Shown: piece by piece, positions 1 to 9,981 of the stretch
Numbering within the stretch: the first letter of the stretch is position 1
Layout: the number at the start of each line of letters is the position of its first letter
From: Promethearchaeota archaeon
Lineage (GTDB): Archaea > Asgardarchaeota > Lokiarchaeia > Sigyniarchaeales > SOKP01
Length of the DNA stretch: 64,000 bases
Direction of reading: 5' to 3'
Assembly: GCA_019894975.1 (NCBI GenBank)
Contig: JAGXNO010000004.1
Span: 32,001-96,000 of the forward strand
The notes under the pieces: generated by a model
Databases searched by the model: none
What the model was told of the DNA's origin: nothing
The model's input: only the letters and a program-made list of their open reading frames with translations
Position numbers and translations under genes: made by a program

Positions 1-309
1 TAATGGTCCATATTTATAAGAATCTTCAGTGTATCCCTGAGCAATTACAAGAGGAGGTTCAAAATATCCTACAAGGTTATGGGGTAACAATTCTTCACTA
101 CAGTCGACTCTATAAAAATTTGAATTATTAGAACCGTAATACTCAGCAATAGCTCGAGCTAATGTAGTTTTACCCACACCAACATTCCCTTCTAATAAAA
201 TATTACGTCCTACTGAATGAGCTAATACAATTTGTTTTAACTCTTCTGATCTGCCAATGATTTTAAATTTATCTTGTATTTCTGTTACAATTCTGGTCGT
301 CTCAACCAT
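1..309 (-). CDS. MoxR/CbbQ-like AAA+ ATPase, N-terminal part (runs off window)
   Basis: Manual translation from ATG at 309: MVETTRIV...IIGRSEEL...NILLEGNVGVGKTTLARAIA (Walker A); not in the ORF track because it is open-ended. Confidence 0.8.
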   Translation of the reverse strand, partial: MVETTRIVTEIQDKFKIIGRSEELKQIVLAHSVGRNILLEGNVGVGKTTLARAIAEYYGSNNSNFYRVDCSEELLPHNLVGYFEPPLVIAQGYTEDSYKYGPL

Positions 310-420
310 GATTTTATTAATTATTTATTTCTATAATAGTTTTAGTTTATACAAGATAGTAGCATAAAATAAAAAAGAAGGTATCTTATTATATAATAGA
401 ATAGATTAGCTTATGTAATC

Positions 421-1368
421 TTATCTGGGATAAAGATTTATCTCGTCTGTTTTTTCAAAAGAAGATTTAGGTAATTCTATTATAGGTATTGAATTCTTTT
501 TCCAAAGTTTCCAAGATATAAATCCTATAAGAATTAATAGTGACGGATATATAATAATTTCCAATAAAGCAGGATTAGCATTATAGCCAAAAAGTGCCTT
601 TAACAATGATCCAATTATTTCAAGCCATACAGGAGTTGATGGATTTCCATCAGGAAATGATTCTGGTAAAATATGTTTTATGTTCCAAACCTCATTGATT
701 ATGGGATTAATAACACCCGCTTCTATAAATTCATGGATACCATAAGTAATCAACCCTGCAGCAAATAATATAAGCATCATATTTGTTACTTTAAAGAATT
801 TTGACAAATTAACTGTTCTTATTCCATAAAAGGTTAAAATACCAATAAGGACTGATATTGTTATACCTATAATAGAACCAAATATGCTTACAAATGGGTC
901 GATTGATCCAATTGATGTTGCTCCCGTTAACAATAGTACTAACTCAATACCTTCTCTTATGATAATAATGTATGTTAAAATTGAAATAGAAAATACTTTT
1001 TGGCGATTTATTGATTGTTCTATTTTATCCTCTAAACTTTCCCGCATTTTTGGACCTTCTTTACTTACCCATAATACAAGAGTTACAATAAACAAACCAG
1101 ATATAATAAATGTAAATCCCTCGAAAATTTTTTCTAAAAGTCCTGAAAAACCCCCATAAATACTAGAAAAAACAATTGCAAAGAGAATACTTGAAAATAT
1201 TGCTAACACCGAGCCTAAATATATATATCTATTGTATTGTTTTTGATTTGTTTTTCTTAGATACAATAATAAGATTACAACTACTAATGTTGCTTCTAAT
1301 CCTTCTCTAAAAGCTAAAAACATAGGAGATATTAAATCAATATATGTAGCCATCATTATTATGCTCAA
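421..1368 (-). CDS. FTR1/EfeU-family high-affinity iron permease
   Basis: Two RExxE motifs (FREGLEA, IREGIEL) in a multi-TM protein. Confidence 0.9.
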   Translation of the reverse strand: MSIIMMATYIDLISPMFLAFREGLEATLVVVILLLYLRKTNQKQYNRYIYLGSVLAIFSSILFAIVFSSIYGGFSGLLEKIFEGFTFIISGLFIVTLVLWVSKEGPKMRESLEDKIEQSINRQKVFSISILTYIIIIREGIELVLLLTGATSIGSIDPFVSIFGSIIGITISVLIGILTFYGIRTVNLSKFFKVTNMMLILFAAGLITYGIHEFIEAGVINPIINEVWNIKHILPESFPDGNPSTPVWLEIIGSLLKALFGYNANPALLEIIIYPSLLILIGFISWKLWKKNSIPIIELPKSSFEKTDEINLYPR

Positions 1369-1596
1369 ATATTTACTTTATTTGAATAATAATTTCAAGA
1401 AATTTAAAGATTTTAGTTATGTCTAATAAGAATGAATTAAATTTTTATTTTGAAAAAGAAGTGATTTAATGTTTTTAAAAAGTAATTATAAAAAAATAAG
1501 CTATTTCAACAATTTTAGCATATTAAGAACTTATTTTGTAAATAGTTTCACTTTAATTTGATATTATTTTTTCAAACCTTCTTATGTCCGCAAACA

Positions 1597-2151
1597 TCAC
1601 TTTTCTTTATTGATTAAATACTGAATATGCCCTAATTCGGGAATAATTATATTTTTTAATGCCACAATTATAGCATTTGCGGACTGTGGTAACAAAAATA
1701 TAGCTTTACTTTTTTTCTTACTGTAAAGAATACCTGCAGTTGCTCTCGATAACATAGTCGAAGATCCAATTTCATTGAAAGACAGAGATCTAAACAATTC
1801 TCCAAATCCATCAAATTTTTTATATAAACGTGGTTCTAAGGTCTCATATGTGATATCATTGACCGCTAATCCCGTACCACCACTAAATATTATAGAATCA
1901 ATCATCTTTTTTTTCATAACTCTTATTAAAACTTCATTAATGTAATCTTCTGAATCTGGAATAATTTCTGTGTAAACTAATGAAATTGACAGATCTTTCT
2001 TTAGGAATTGTTTTACTTCTGGAATTATTTTATCAGAACTTTTTTTTTTTGATATAATCTCATTAAATTTCCTAGTATTTACTACTATTAATGCCAAATT
2101 CGTCTTTTTTAGTATTTCTAACTTATAATCTTCTGATACGGTTTCGGTCAA
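1597..2151 (-). CDS. moaB: MoaB/MogA-family molybdopterin adenylyltransferase paralogue (diverged duplicate)
   Basis: SGGTG..DITYE and GFGELFR..S motifs; closely similar to 3515..4063. Confidence 0.8.
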   Translation of the reverse strand: MTETVSEDYKLEILKKTNLALIVVNTRKFNEIISKKKSSDKIIPEVKQFLKKDLSISLVYTEIIPDSEDYINEVLIRVMKKKMIDSIIFSGGTGLAVNDITYETLEPRLYKKFDGFGELFRSLSFNEIGSSTMLSRATAGILYSKKKSKAIFLLPQSANAIIVALKNIIIPELGHIQYLINKEK

Positions 2152-2260
2152 ATTCTTCTCTCTCCGTTTTTTTATATATTTATATCGGCAGAGATTATAA
2201 TTTAGTGTATTATCCTCCAGATACAGGCATTAAAAAAACAATTATCAACGATTTTAGAAG

Positions 2261-3508
2261 TTATTGAGGAAAAAGTTTTACTTTAACTAAATCTCCTTTT
2301 TTCAAACCTTCTCGATAGGGAGGAATTTCAACTATTCCATCTGAAAACGTGAGTGAACTTATAACCCCAGATCCCTTCAATTTAACTGGTTTTGCGATCA
2401 ATTCATTCTGAGTTTTTTCAATAATTACTCTTAAATAGTGAAGATATCCAAGACTCGAAACAGGAACATCTTTACTAATCTTTGCTATAACTTCATGACG
2501 AGGATCAAGAATTAGGCAGCCTAGCATTTTTCTTATAACAATTCCTGTAATTTTTAAGAAAGATACATAAGCGGCTACGGGAGTACCTGGTAAGCAGAAT
2601 ATTAAAGTATTATTTAAAATCCCAATTAGAATAGGTGCCCCAGGTCTCTGAGCAACTCCATGTATCAAAACTATTCCTGACTCATGAACAATTTCGGGAA
2701 GAAAATCTTTAGTTCCAACAGAGGTGCCACCTGTAAAGATTATTATGTCAGAATCTTCTGTAGCTTCGATTAATTTATTTTTGATGATATCCTTATCATC
2801 TTTCACGGTTTCACCTTTAACCACTTCCCCCCCATACAATGTAACCAATGCAGATATCATTGGAGTGTTGGAATTATAAATTTTCCCAGGTTTTAGTTTG
2901 GTTCCTGGTTCAATTAGTTCATCTCCAGATGAAAAAATACTTACTCTTGGTTTAGCTCGTACCTTTACCTTATCTAATCCTAAGGATGTTAGCAATGCAA
3001 TTTGCTCAGCATTTAACTCAACACCCTCGGTTAAAACTTGAGTTCCTTTTTTAATATCTTCTCCTTTCTTTGAAACATTTTTACCGGGAGGAAGAGATAT
3101 GTAAAGGCTTATTACATCATTTTCTATCTCTGTATCTTCAATTTTAATCACAGTATCTGCTCCTTTTGGGATGGGTGCTCCTGTAGAAATTCTTATCCCT
3201 TCACCGTTATTTAGATTAAGGTTTGAAAATTCACCAATTTCGATCTTACCACTTAGTTGGATTTTTTTTGGATTAGAAAGAGACGCATTAAATGAATCTT
3301 CAGCTTTAATAGCATAACCATCCATAGCTGATCGATCAAAAGGAGGAATATCTAGTTCACTTGTTATATTTGTAGCTAAAAATCGATTTAATACAGTGTT
3401 GACTTCGATTTCTTCAATGGGATTTATCTTTATATATGAAAAAACTAGTTCTAAAGTGTCTTCTAATGAAGTTAAATTAGCAAATCCTACTTTTCGAAGC
3501 TTTTCCAA
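2261..3508 (-). CDS. moeA: Molybdopterin molybdenum/tungsten transferase MoeA
   Basis: PPFDRSAMDGYA, STGAPIPKGAD, SGDEL, GGTSVG, LPGTP motifs. Confidence 0.95.
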   Translation of the reverse strand: MEKLRKVGFANLTSLEDTLELVFSYIKINPIEEIEVNTVLNRFLATNITSELDIPPFDRSAMDGYAIKAEDSFNASLSNPKKIQLSGKIEIGEFSNLNLNNGEGIRISTGAPIPKGADTVIKIEDTEIENDVISLYISLPPGKNVSKKGEDIKKGTQVLTEGVELNAEQIALLTSLGLDKVKVRAKPRVSIFSSGDELIEPGTKLKPGKIYNSNTPMISALVTLYGGEVVKGETVKDDKDIIKNKLIEATEDSDIIIFTGGTSVGTKDFLPEIVHESGIVLIHGVAQRPGAPILIGILNNTLIFCLPGTPVAAYVSFLKITGIVIRKMLGCLILDPRHEVIAKISKDVPVSSLGYLHYLRVIIEKTQNELIAKPVKLKGSGVISSLTFSDGIVEIPPYREGLKKGDLVKVKLFPQ

Positions 3509-3514
3509 TAATTT

Positions 3515-4063
3515 TCACTCTTCCTTATTGATTAAATATTGAATATGACCTAATTCTGGAATAATGATACTTTTTAGAGCTAAAATTACCGCATTTGGCG
3601 AACCAGGTAATAAAAAGACGGTCTTATTTTTACTTTCACCGCTAAGAATACCCGCTGTTGCTCTAGATAACATAGCGGCGCTCCCAATTTCATTAAAAGA
3701 GAGATATCTAAATAATTCTCCAAAACCATCAAACTTTTTTTTTAGACTTGGTTCTAAGGTCTCGTATGTAATATCCTTAGGAGATAATCCTGTACCCCCA
3801 CTAAAAATTATAGAATCAATATTCTCATCTTTTATAACTCTAGTTAAAACTTCGTTTATATGTTCTTCTGAATCTGGAATAATTTCAGTGTAGATTAAAG
3901 CTATGGTTGGATCTTTTTTTAGTAAGAGCTTCACTTTTGAAATTGTTTTATCTGAACTCTTTTTCTCCGATATTATCTCATTGAACCTACTCGTACTTAC
4001 AACGATCAGGGCTATATTTATCTTTTTTGGAGCTTGTTGTTTATGTTCTTCATGAACTTTCAT
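3515..4063 (-). CDS. moaB: MoaB/MogA-family molybdopterin adenylyltransferase
   Basis: SGGTGLSPKDITYE, GFGELFR, AMLSRA, LLPGSP; located in the Moco operon. Confidence 0.92.
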   Translation of the reverse strand: MKVHEEHKQQAPKKINIALIVVSTSRFNEIISEKKSSDKTISKVKLLLKKDPTIALIYTEIIPDSEEHINEVLTRVIKDENIDSIIFSGGTGLSPKDITYETLEPSLKKKFDGFGELFRYLSFNEIGSAAMLSRATAGILSGESKNKTVFLLPGSPNAVILALKSIIIPELGHIQYLINKEE

Positions 4064-4094
4064 TAATTTTCACATCCTATTTGATCCAATCTTT

Positions 4095-5324
4095 TTATTG
4101 GAAAAAATAAATCCTCCTTTTATCTCCTCTTTCTATGATCGATTCTAATTCCCCAATCTCAACATATCCATCTGCATAGAACATAGTACTTATTGCTTCT
4201 GAGCCAGTTTTAACTGGAAAAATCATCTGTTCCCCATCCTTTTCTTGAATTTTTACTGCCTTAAATTCATTTCGACCTACAGTACTATAAATTCTCTCCC
4301 CTACTGTCATAACCTTTGAAAATTTATCTTTTAAGGGAAATCCTGACATTTTTCTTAAAAAATTTTCTATAAATACATAGAAGCAACTTAATGCTGATGT
4401 TGGATAACCAGGTAAAATAAATATTAACTTTTCTTTTATCTTAGCAAAAATTATAGGCTTCCCTGGTTTGATTTTGACACCATGAATTAAAATCTCGATA
4501 TCTTCATATTCCTCAAGGACTTGGGGCCCTAAATCCCCTTCTCCTTTTGATGTACCCCCCGATACAATTATTATATCACTATTTTCTAAAGCCTTATTTA
4601 CAACTGATTTTAATTCTTCATAATTATCTTTTACTATACCTAAAAATTTGACATCTACACCCGTGTTTTCAATCGCTTTTTTTAACACTACTGAATTTAC
4701 ATCATAAATTTTACCAATTTCAAGATTTTTAATATCATGGGTTACAAGTTCATTTCCTGTGCTTAGAAGGGAAACTTTCGGACGTTTAAATACCCAAATA
4801 TTACTTATCCCTGAAGAAGCAAGGATACCAATTGTTGCCAAATTGATTAGTGTCCCTTCTTTAATAATGGTGTCATCCTTTTTTATATCGTGACCAATAT
4901 TGACTACATGGGTTCCTGGGGTTAGTGCCTTTGAAATTGAAATAGTATTTCCATCACTCTCAGTAAATTCCACCATAATAACAGCATTCGCATTTTCAGG
5001 TATTGCGGCTCCAGTAGCTACATATGAACACTGGCCTTTATTTATTTTTTTTTTAGGAATATCCCCAGCTCTAATAGTTTCTATTAACTCTAGTTTAATG
5101 AAATTGTCCTCTTCAGCTCCAAATGTATCTTCAGCAATTACCGCGAATCCATCCATCCGTGATTTTCGGAAATGGGGGACATCAATCTTGCTTTTAATAT
5201 TGCGGGAAATAATTCGATTATAACATTCATGGATATTAATTAATTCTTCCTCATTTTTCAAACTTGAAATAGAATCAAGTATTTCTTTAAATTCTTCTAC
5301 TTTAATAGTTCTTAGAAATTTCAT
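4095..5324 (-). CDS. moeA: Second MoeA paralogue
   Basis: SRMDGFAV, ATGAAIP, STGNEL, SGGTSKG, KPGKP, LPGYP motifs. Confidence 0.95.
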   Translation of the reverse strand: MKFLRTIKVEEFKEILDSISSLKNEEELINIHECYNRIISRNIKSKIDVPHFRKSRMDGFAVIAEDTFGAEEDNFIKLELIETIRAGDIPKKKINKGQCSYVATGAAIPENANAVIMVEFTESDGNTISISKALTPGTHVVNIGHDIKKDDTIIKEGTLINLATIGILASSGISNIWVFKRPKVSLLSTGNELVTHDIKNLEIGKIYDVNSVVLKKAIENTGVDVKFLGIVKDNYEELKSVVNKALENSDIIIVSGGTSKGEGDLGPQVLEEYEDIEILIHGVKIKPGKPIIFAKIKEKLIFILPGYPTSALSCFYVFIENFLRKMSGFPLKDKFSKVMTVGERIYSTVGRNEFKAVKIQEKDGEQMIFPVKTGSEAISTMFYADGYVEIGELESIIERGDKRRIYFFQ

Positions 5325-5357
5325 GATATAGCCAAATTATAATTAATTTAAAGCTTT

Positions 5358-5813
5358 TTAATGAACCCATTCAGATGATCCATCACTAAAATCCTCTCTC
5401 TTCCAAACAGCTATTTCCTTTTTATACATGTCGACTGCACTCCTAATCGCTTCAAATCCCTCCTCTCTATGCGCTGAAACTATAACAACGTATACCAAAT
5501 CTTCAGTTAATTCAAATTCCCCTTTTAGATGAATAATCCTAGCATCAATAATTCCTTTTTTTTGCTTTAGTTTATTACAAATCTTAGAAATACTCTCATT
5601 TGCCAACTCATCATACGCGTCAATCTTCATCTTTACAACAGGTTTGCCCTCTTTAGATGTGTTTCTCACAATCCCCGTAAAGGTATGAATTGATCCGGCT
5701 TCTATTATATTAGAATTTTCTTTTACAACTTTAATAATACTCTCCAGATCAATCTCTCCCTTAGAATAAATTCCCGATTTAATACTCTTAGATTTATCAA
5801 TACCTTGCATCAT
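5358..5813 (-). CDS. moaE: Molybdopterin synthase catalytic subunit MoaE
   Basis: FTGIVR, SAHREEGF, WKRE motifs. Confidence 0.92.
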   Translation of the reverse strand: MMQGIDKSKSIKSGIYSKGEIDLESIIKVVKENSNIIEAGSIHTFTGIVRNTSKEGKPVVKMKIDAYDELANESISKICNKLKQKKGIIDARIIHLKGEFELTEDLVYVVIVSAHREEGFEAIRSAVDMYKKEIAVWKREDFSDGSSEWVH

Positions 5814-5816
5814 GTA

Positions 5817-6101
5817 TCATCCTCCGGACACTGGCATTAAAAAAGCAATTGTGTCTCCATCATTTAATTTAACTATTGACGGATTTTTTTCATGGATCGC
5901 CTGATTATTTATTATTGTTGAAATTAAACTATGTATTTTTTGAGCATCTTCGTCCCAAATTAAATTCTGAATCTTTTTTCCATATTTTTCAATTAATAAA
6001 TCAATTAAATCCTTCAGATGGTCTTTTGAAAATTCAAATTTCTCTTTTTCTTTCTCGGTAATGTCTTTAAATTCTGCAAAATATAAAACTTCAACAATCA
6101 T
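5817..6101 (-). CDS. moaD: MoaD/ThiS/SAMP-like sulfur carrier (likely start MIVEVLYFA)
   Basis: Beta-grasp pattern with C-terminal PVSGG; operon context. The ORF track extends it to 6131. Confidence 0.9.
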   Translation of the reverse strand: MIVEVLYFAEFKDITEKEKEKFEFSKDHLKDLIDLLIEKYGKKIQNLIWDEDAQKIHSLISTIINNQAIHEKNPSIVKLNDGDTIAFLMPVSGG

Positions 6102-6127
6102 TTTTCTCAATAATTTAAGGGGAATTC

Positions 6128-7045
6128 TCAATAAAATGGTTCTCTGGAATCTACTACTTGTTTAACTATTTGTTCATATTTTGATAGGGATTGATGATTT
6201 CGGAGAGCTTCTTTAATATTTTTCCCAAGATCAGATCGATACAGACATCCAAATAAATTCCCATCGCACCCAACTCTTAATTTTGTACAACCCATGCAAA
6301 ATTCATGACTAGGAGTAATTGTCTCAACTACCGCGGAATTTGGTAGGATAAACACTTTTCGATTTTGCATTGATCCTCTTATAATTGTTTTGGTTGCTCT
6401 TGATTCAAGATCCTTAATAATTGGGCTCAAATCTAAATGATGTTTGGCATAGAAATCCCCGTTTCCACCTAAGACATCCGAAACTTCATGTAATTCGATT
6501 AATTGCAAAATAAAACCATTTTTTGCACAGAAATTTAAAATATCTTCGAATTCAGTATCATTTAAACCCTTCATAAGCACATAATTTAATTTAATTGGAT
6601 CAAGTCCAACCGTTTTAGCTTTTTCTAAACCTTCTAAAACTTGGTCAAGAGTATCTACACCATATATTTTCCTATAAACTTTAGGTTTAAGTGATCCTAA
6701 AGAAACATTAATTCGATTTAAACCAGCTTTATACAATTCTTCAGCTTTTTCAGATAAAAGTAATCCATTTGTTGTTAAGGAGATATCTTTATAAAGGTTC
6801 AACTCTGAAACATTTTTTATTATTTCTACGATTTCTTCTCGGCATAAGGGTTCCCCTCCAGTGAATTTAATCTTAGTGACATCTAGTATTTCTGCTAATA
6901 TCTTGCATAATTTTGTAATCTCTTCAACACTAAGCTCATTTGTTTTGCTATATCCTTCACTATCACAATAGAGGCACGAGTATTGACATTTTGAAGTTAT
7001 TGAAAACCTAATATGCTTTATCTTTCTATTGAAGTTATCTTTCAT
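6128..7045 (-). CDS. moaA: GTP 3',8-cyclase MoaA (archaeal type)
   Basis: D.FNR start, CxxxCxxC (CQYSCLYC), TGGEPL, FCxxCxKLR..CL; archaeal REPFY C-terminus. Confidence 0.95.
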   Translation of the reverse strand: MKDNFNRKIKHIRFSITSKCQYSCLYCDSEGYSKTNELSVEEITKLCKILAEILDVTKIKFTGGEPLCREEIVEIIKNVSELNLYKDISLTTNGLLLSEKAEELYKAGLNRINVSLGSLKPKVYRKIYGVDTLDQVLEGLEKAKTVGLDPIKLNYVLMKGLNDTEFEDILNFCAKNGFILQLIELHEVSDVLGGNGDFYAKHHLDLSPIIKDLESRATKTIIRGSMQNRKVFILPNSAVVETITPSHEFCMGCTKLRVGCDGNLFGCLYRSDLGKNIKEALRNHQSLSKYEQIVKQVVDSREPFY

Positions 7046-7056
7046 ATGATTATACT

Positions 7057-7485
7057 TTATTCTTTTACTTTACTCTCAACTTTTATATCGAAGATTTCTG
7101 TAGAGGGGTATTGACCACCTTCATCCTTTTCATACATCTTTACTACATCCCAAATATTTAATAAAGCAATCCCCACCCCTGTTAAGGCCTCCATCTCAAC
7201 ACCTGTCTTAGAGAAACTTTTAACTTTGCAGGAAACCTTTATAATCGTGTCATTTTCAATTTCAAAGTCTATATCAATATTCTCAATTGGAATCGGATGA
7301 CAAAATGGAATTAAATTAGGGACAATTTTAACGGCATTAAAAGCAGCCACTTTAGCTATAGTAAAAACATCTCCCTTCTTAACCTGATTATTCTTCACTC
7401 TTTCAAGGGTACTTTTCCTTAGTTTTATTCTTCCAGAGGCGGTTGCAATCCTTGTAATTGTCTCTTTACCAGATATATCAATCAT
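7057..7485 (-). CDS. moaC: Cyclic pyranopterin monophosphate synthase MoaC
   Basis: MIDISGK, KKGDV, LIPFCHP, TGVEMEALT, WDVVK motifs. Confidence 0.95.
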   Translation of the reverse strand: MIDISGKETITRIATASGRIKLRKSTLERVKNNQVKKGDVFTIAKVAAFNAVKIVPNLIPFCHPIPIENIDIDFEIENDTIIKVSCKVKSFSKTGVEMEALTGVGIALLNIWDVVKMYEKDEGGQYPSTEIFDIKVESKVKE

Positions 7486-7538
7486 TATGGGTATACTATT
7501 ATTATTGTCATTTAGGTAAGTTTAGGGTAGTTTTTAAG

Positions 7539-7562
7539 CGTTATGAATTAAAGAATACAACG
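7539..7562. promoter_or_regulatory. ModE-type operator upstream of the moa/moe operon
   Basis: CGTTAT-N12-ACAACG, next to a TATA-like TTAAAAA on the minus strand; same geometry as the site upstream of tupA. Confidence 0.7.
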
Positions 7563-7740
7563 AAAACTTAAAGAGCTTAATAGTCCAAATTATTAATTTT
7601 TTAATTTGATTAATAATTCACAATAGTTTTTATATCTATGAAAAGAGAATCTAAATCTATTAAGAATTTGTGATAATAAACCTCGATTAAATCTCACTTT
7701 TTTCAATCTATAAGCCATTATTTGCTACTAATGAAATAAA

Positions 7741-7762
7741 AGTCTAAGACTAGTCTAAGACT
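7741..7762. repeat. Tandem duplication of the palindromic 11-mer AGTCTAAGACT
   Basis: AGTCTAAGACT-AGTCTAAGACT read directly from the sequence. Confidence 0.85.
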
Positions 7763-7837
7763 CCAGTTAAAGTTTGCGTTATTAAACTATATATTAAACC
7801 TTAACAGTAATATAATTATAACAAAACAAAATAAAAC

Positions 7838-8047
7838 GTGATAAAAAAAATGACCCAAGTTTATGAAAAAGTAATGGAAGTTCCTGAAGTTGAAAAAATT
7901 AAAGTTGAAATTTCTGAAGAAAGTAAAATGGATGAATTACTTGGAGATTTGAATCCAAGATATTTTGAGGAAGTGATGGCTCCTGAAAATGCTCTTGATA
8001 AAGCTCATGCTGCAAGAATTTCCAATAATCTAATTAGACCTTTTTAG
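7838..8047 (+). CDS. Small acidic hypothetical protein (probable start MTQVYEK at 7850)
   Basis: Protein-like codon and residue composition; followed by a T-rich tract. Confidence 0.65.
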   Translation: MIKKMTQVYEKVMEVPEVEKIKVEISEESKMDELLGDLNPRYFEEVMAPENALDKAHAARISNNLIRPF

Positions 8048-8112
8048 AAGGATTAAAAGTTTTTTTTGTAGTTTTCTCTTATACTTTTATTTCTAATTGT
8101 TACAATTTATCC

Positions 8113-9204
8113 TCATAATAGTTTAACATCTGTTGCCTTAAAGTTTATGAATACTTCAGATCCGATTTTTAATTCTAAATTCTCTTTTGAAAGTTCAGTT
8201 ATTGTTGTTAAAAATTTTTCTGATCCACATTTAACTATTACGTGACAAATATTTCCAAGATCTCGAATATTTTCTATATTTCCTTTAAAAGTATTCCTAT
8301 AACTTGTATTTTTTGGGGGAGTTTTGACGAGGCCAATACTTTCTGGACGGATACAGACTTTAACTTCACCTTCTTCTTGGTTCGAAGTAGTAATAGTTAA
8401 ATCATTAACTCGTACAAGTGTTAATCCCGTAGATTTATCTAATTCTGCAATTCCATATAATATATTCTCATATCCAACAAAAAGAGCTGTAAATTCATCT
8501 TTTGGGGCTGTGAAGATTTCACTAGGGATCCCTATTTGCGAAAACTGTCCATTAGTTAGTACTGCTATCCGATCGGCATATTTAATTGCTTCAATGGGGT
8601 CATGTGTACTCATTATAATAGTTTTTTCTTTATCTTGTTTAATTTTCATTATAAATTCTTCTAATAATTTAATATTAATAGGATCTAAATTAGCTGAAAC
8701 TTCATCTAACAAGTAAATCTCCGGTTCGAAAATGAAATTCATTGCAATTGCTACTCTTTGCATTTCCCCACCAGATAAAGCTCTCGCATTCTTATTTTCC
8801 ATCCCTTTTAATCCTGAAAAATCTATAATGGTATTAACAGCTTCTGAATATTCATTATACTTAATCCCACGTATTTTTAAACCATATGCTATATTATTGA
8901 ATACGGAAGTATTTCGGACTACCGGTTTTTGTCTAACAAATGAGAGATTTCTTCGAAAACTTATTTTTTTTTTTGGTGAAAATGTAGATATATCTTTTCC
9001 TTTGTAAATTATTTTCCCTTGTGTTGGTGATTCGAGTAAACCGAGAATTCTTAATAGCGTAGTTTTACCACTGCCATTAGGGCCTATTATAACAAAACAT
9101 TCACCTTTTTTGACGGAAAAACTGATATTAGAAAGGACTTTAACTGAGGTTTTATCTTCTTTATAATATTCTTTATGAAGATTTTCAATTTCAAGTAAAT
9201 CCAT
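8113..9204 (-). CDS. tupC: Tungstate ABC transporter ATP-binding subunit with TOBE domain
   Basis: GPNGSGKTT, LSGGEMQR, C-terminal TOBE (FKATDV); operon with tupAB. Confidence 0.88.
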   Translation of the reverse strand: MDLLEIENLHKEYYKEDKTSVKVLSNISFSVKKGECFVIIGPNGSGKTTLLRILGLLESPTQGKIIYKGKDISTFSPKKKISFRRNLSFVRQKPVVRNTSVFNNIAYGLKIRGIKYNEYSEAVNTIIDFSGLKGMENKNARALSGGEMQRVAIAMNFIFEPEIYLLDEVSANLDPINIKLLEEFIMKIKQDKEKTIIMSTHDPIEAIKYADRIAVLTNGQFSQIGIPSEIFTAPKDEFTALFVGYENILYGIAELDKSTGLTLVRVNDLTITTSNQEEGEVKVCIRPESIGLVKTPPKNTSYRNTFKGNIENIRDLGNICHVIVKCGSEKFLTTITELSKENLELKIGSEVFINFKATDVKLL

Positions 9205-9205
9205 A

Positions 9206-9901
9206 TTAATCTCCTCTATTTTGTATAAGAGTTAAACCATAATTCACTATGAAAGCTATTGAAATAAGAATAATACCCAAAGCGATTGCCATTCCAAATT
9301 CACCCATTCGAGTTTGAAGTACAATAGAAGTTGTAAAAGTACGAGTTTCCCAGCGAATATTTCCCCCGACAATCATTACAGCACCTACTTCAGATATGGC
9401 TTGACCGAATGCTACTAAAAATCCCGCTATTATGGACTTTTTAGATTCTTTAATTAATTCCCACCAAAGTTGACGCTCATTAGCCCCTAATGAGAGTACA
9501 GTTTCCTTTAATACAGGATCAACACTTTCAATTGCAGCTTTTGCCGTACCAGTAATGATTGGGACAGCGAGGAGAAACTGAGCGACTATCATGGCACTTG
9601 TTGAGTAGAGTAATCCAAATGAGCCAAGAGGACCCGTTCTGGATAACATTAGAAATACAATTAAGCCCATTACTACAGGAGGAAATCCCATAAAGGTATT
9701 AATTAAATTACTTACTGTTTTCTTTCCACGAAACTCACGCAATCCAATATATGACCCAATTGGTAAAGCAAGCAATGCTGCAAGAAAAGTTGATGTCAGT
9801 GAAACTCGAAATGATACTTCTATAATCCCCCATAATTCGGGATCAAAAGTAACCATCAAGCGTAATGCTTCTAATATTCCCTCGATGATCTCATTTGCCA
9901 T
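9206..9901 (-). CDS. tupB: Tungstate ABC transporter permease
   Basis: PPVVMGL..LSRTGPLG, EVGAVMIVGGNI..TRT.TT motifs. Confidence 0.92.
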   Translation of the reverse strand: MANEIIEGILEALRLMVTFDPELWGIIEVSFRVSLTSTFLAALLALPIGSYIGLREFRGKKTVSNLINTFMGFPPVVMGLIVFLMLSRTGPLGSFGLLYSTSAMIVAQFLLAVPIITGTAKAAIESVDPVLKETVLSLGANERQLWWELIKESKKSIIAGFLVAFGQAISEVGAVMIVGGNIRWETRTFTTSIVLQTRMGEFGMAIALGIILISIAFIVNYGLTLIQNRGD

Positions 9902-9981
9902 AGTAATTGAAATCTTATTATTCTTATTTATTTTAACAAATAAAAAAATGAATATTGGTCAAATGTACAATTTTTAATCAT

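Noticed and set aside
6128-6145. MoaA lacks the C-terminal GG motif
   Set aside because: An REP(F/Y)-type ending is normal for archaeal MoaA and is not a truncation.
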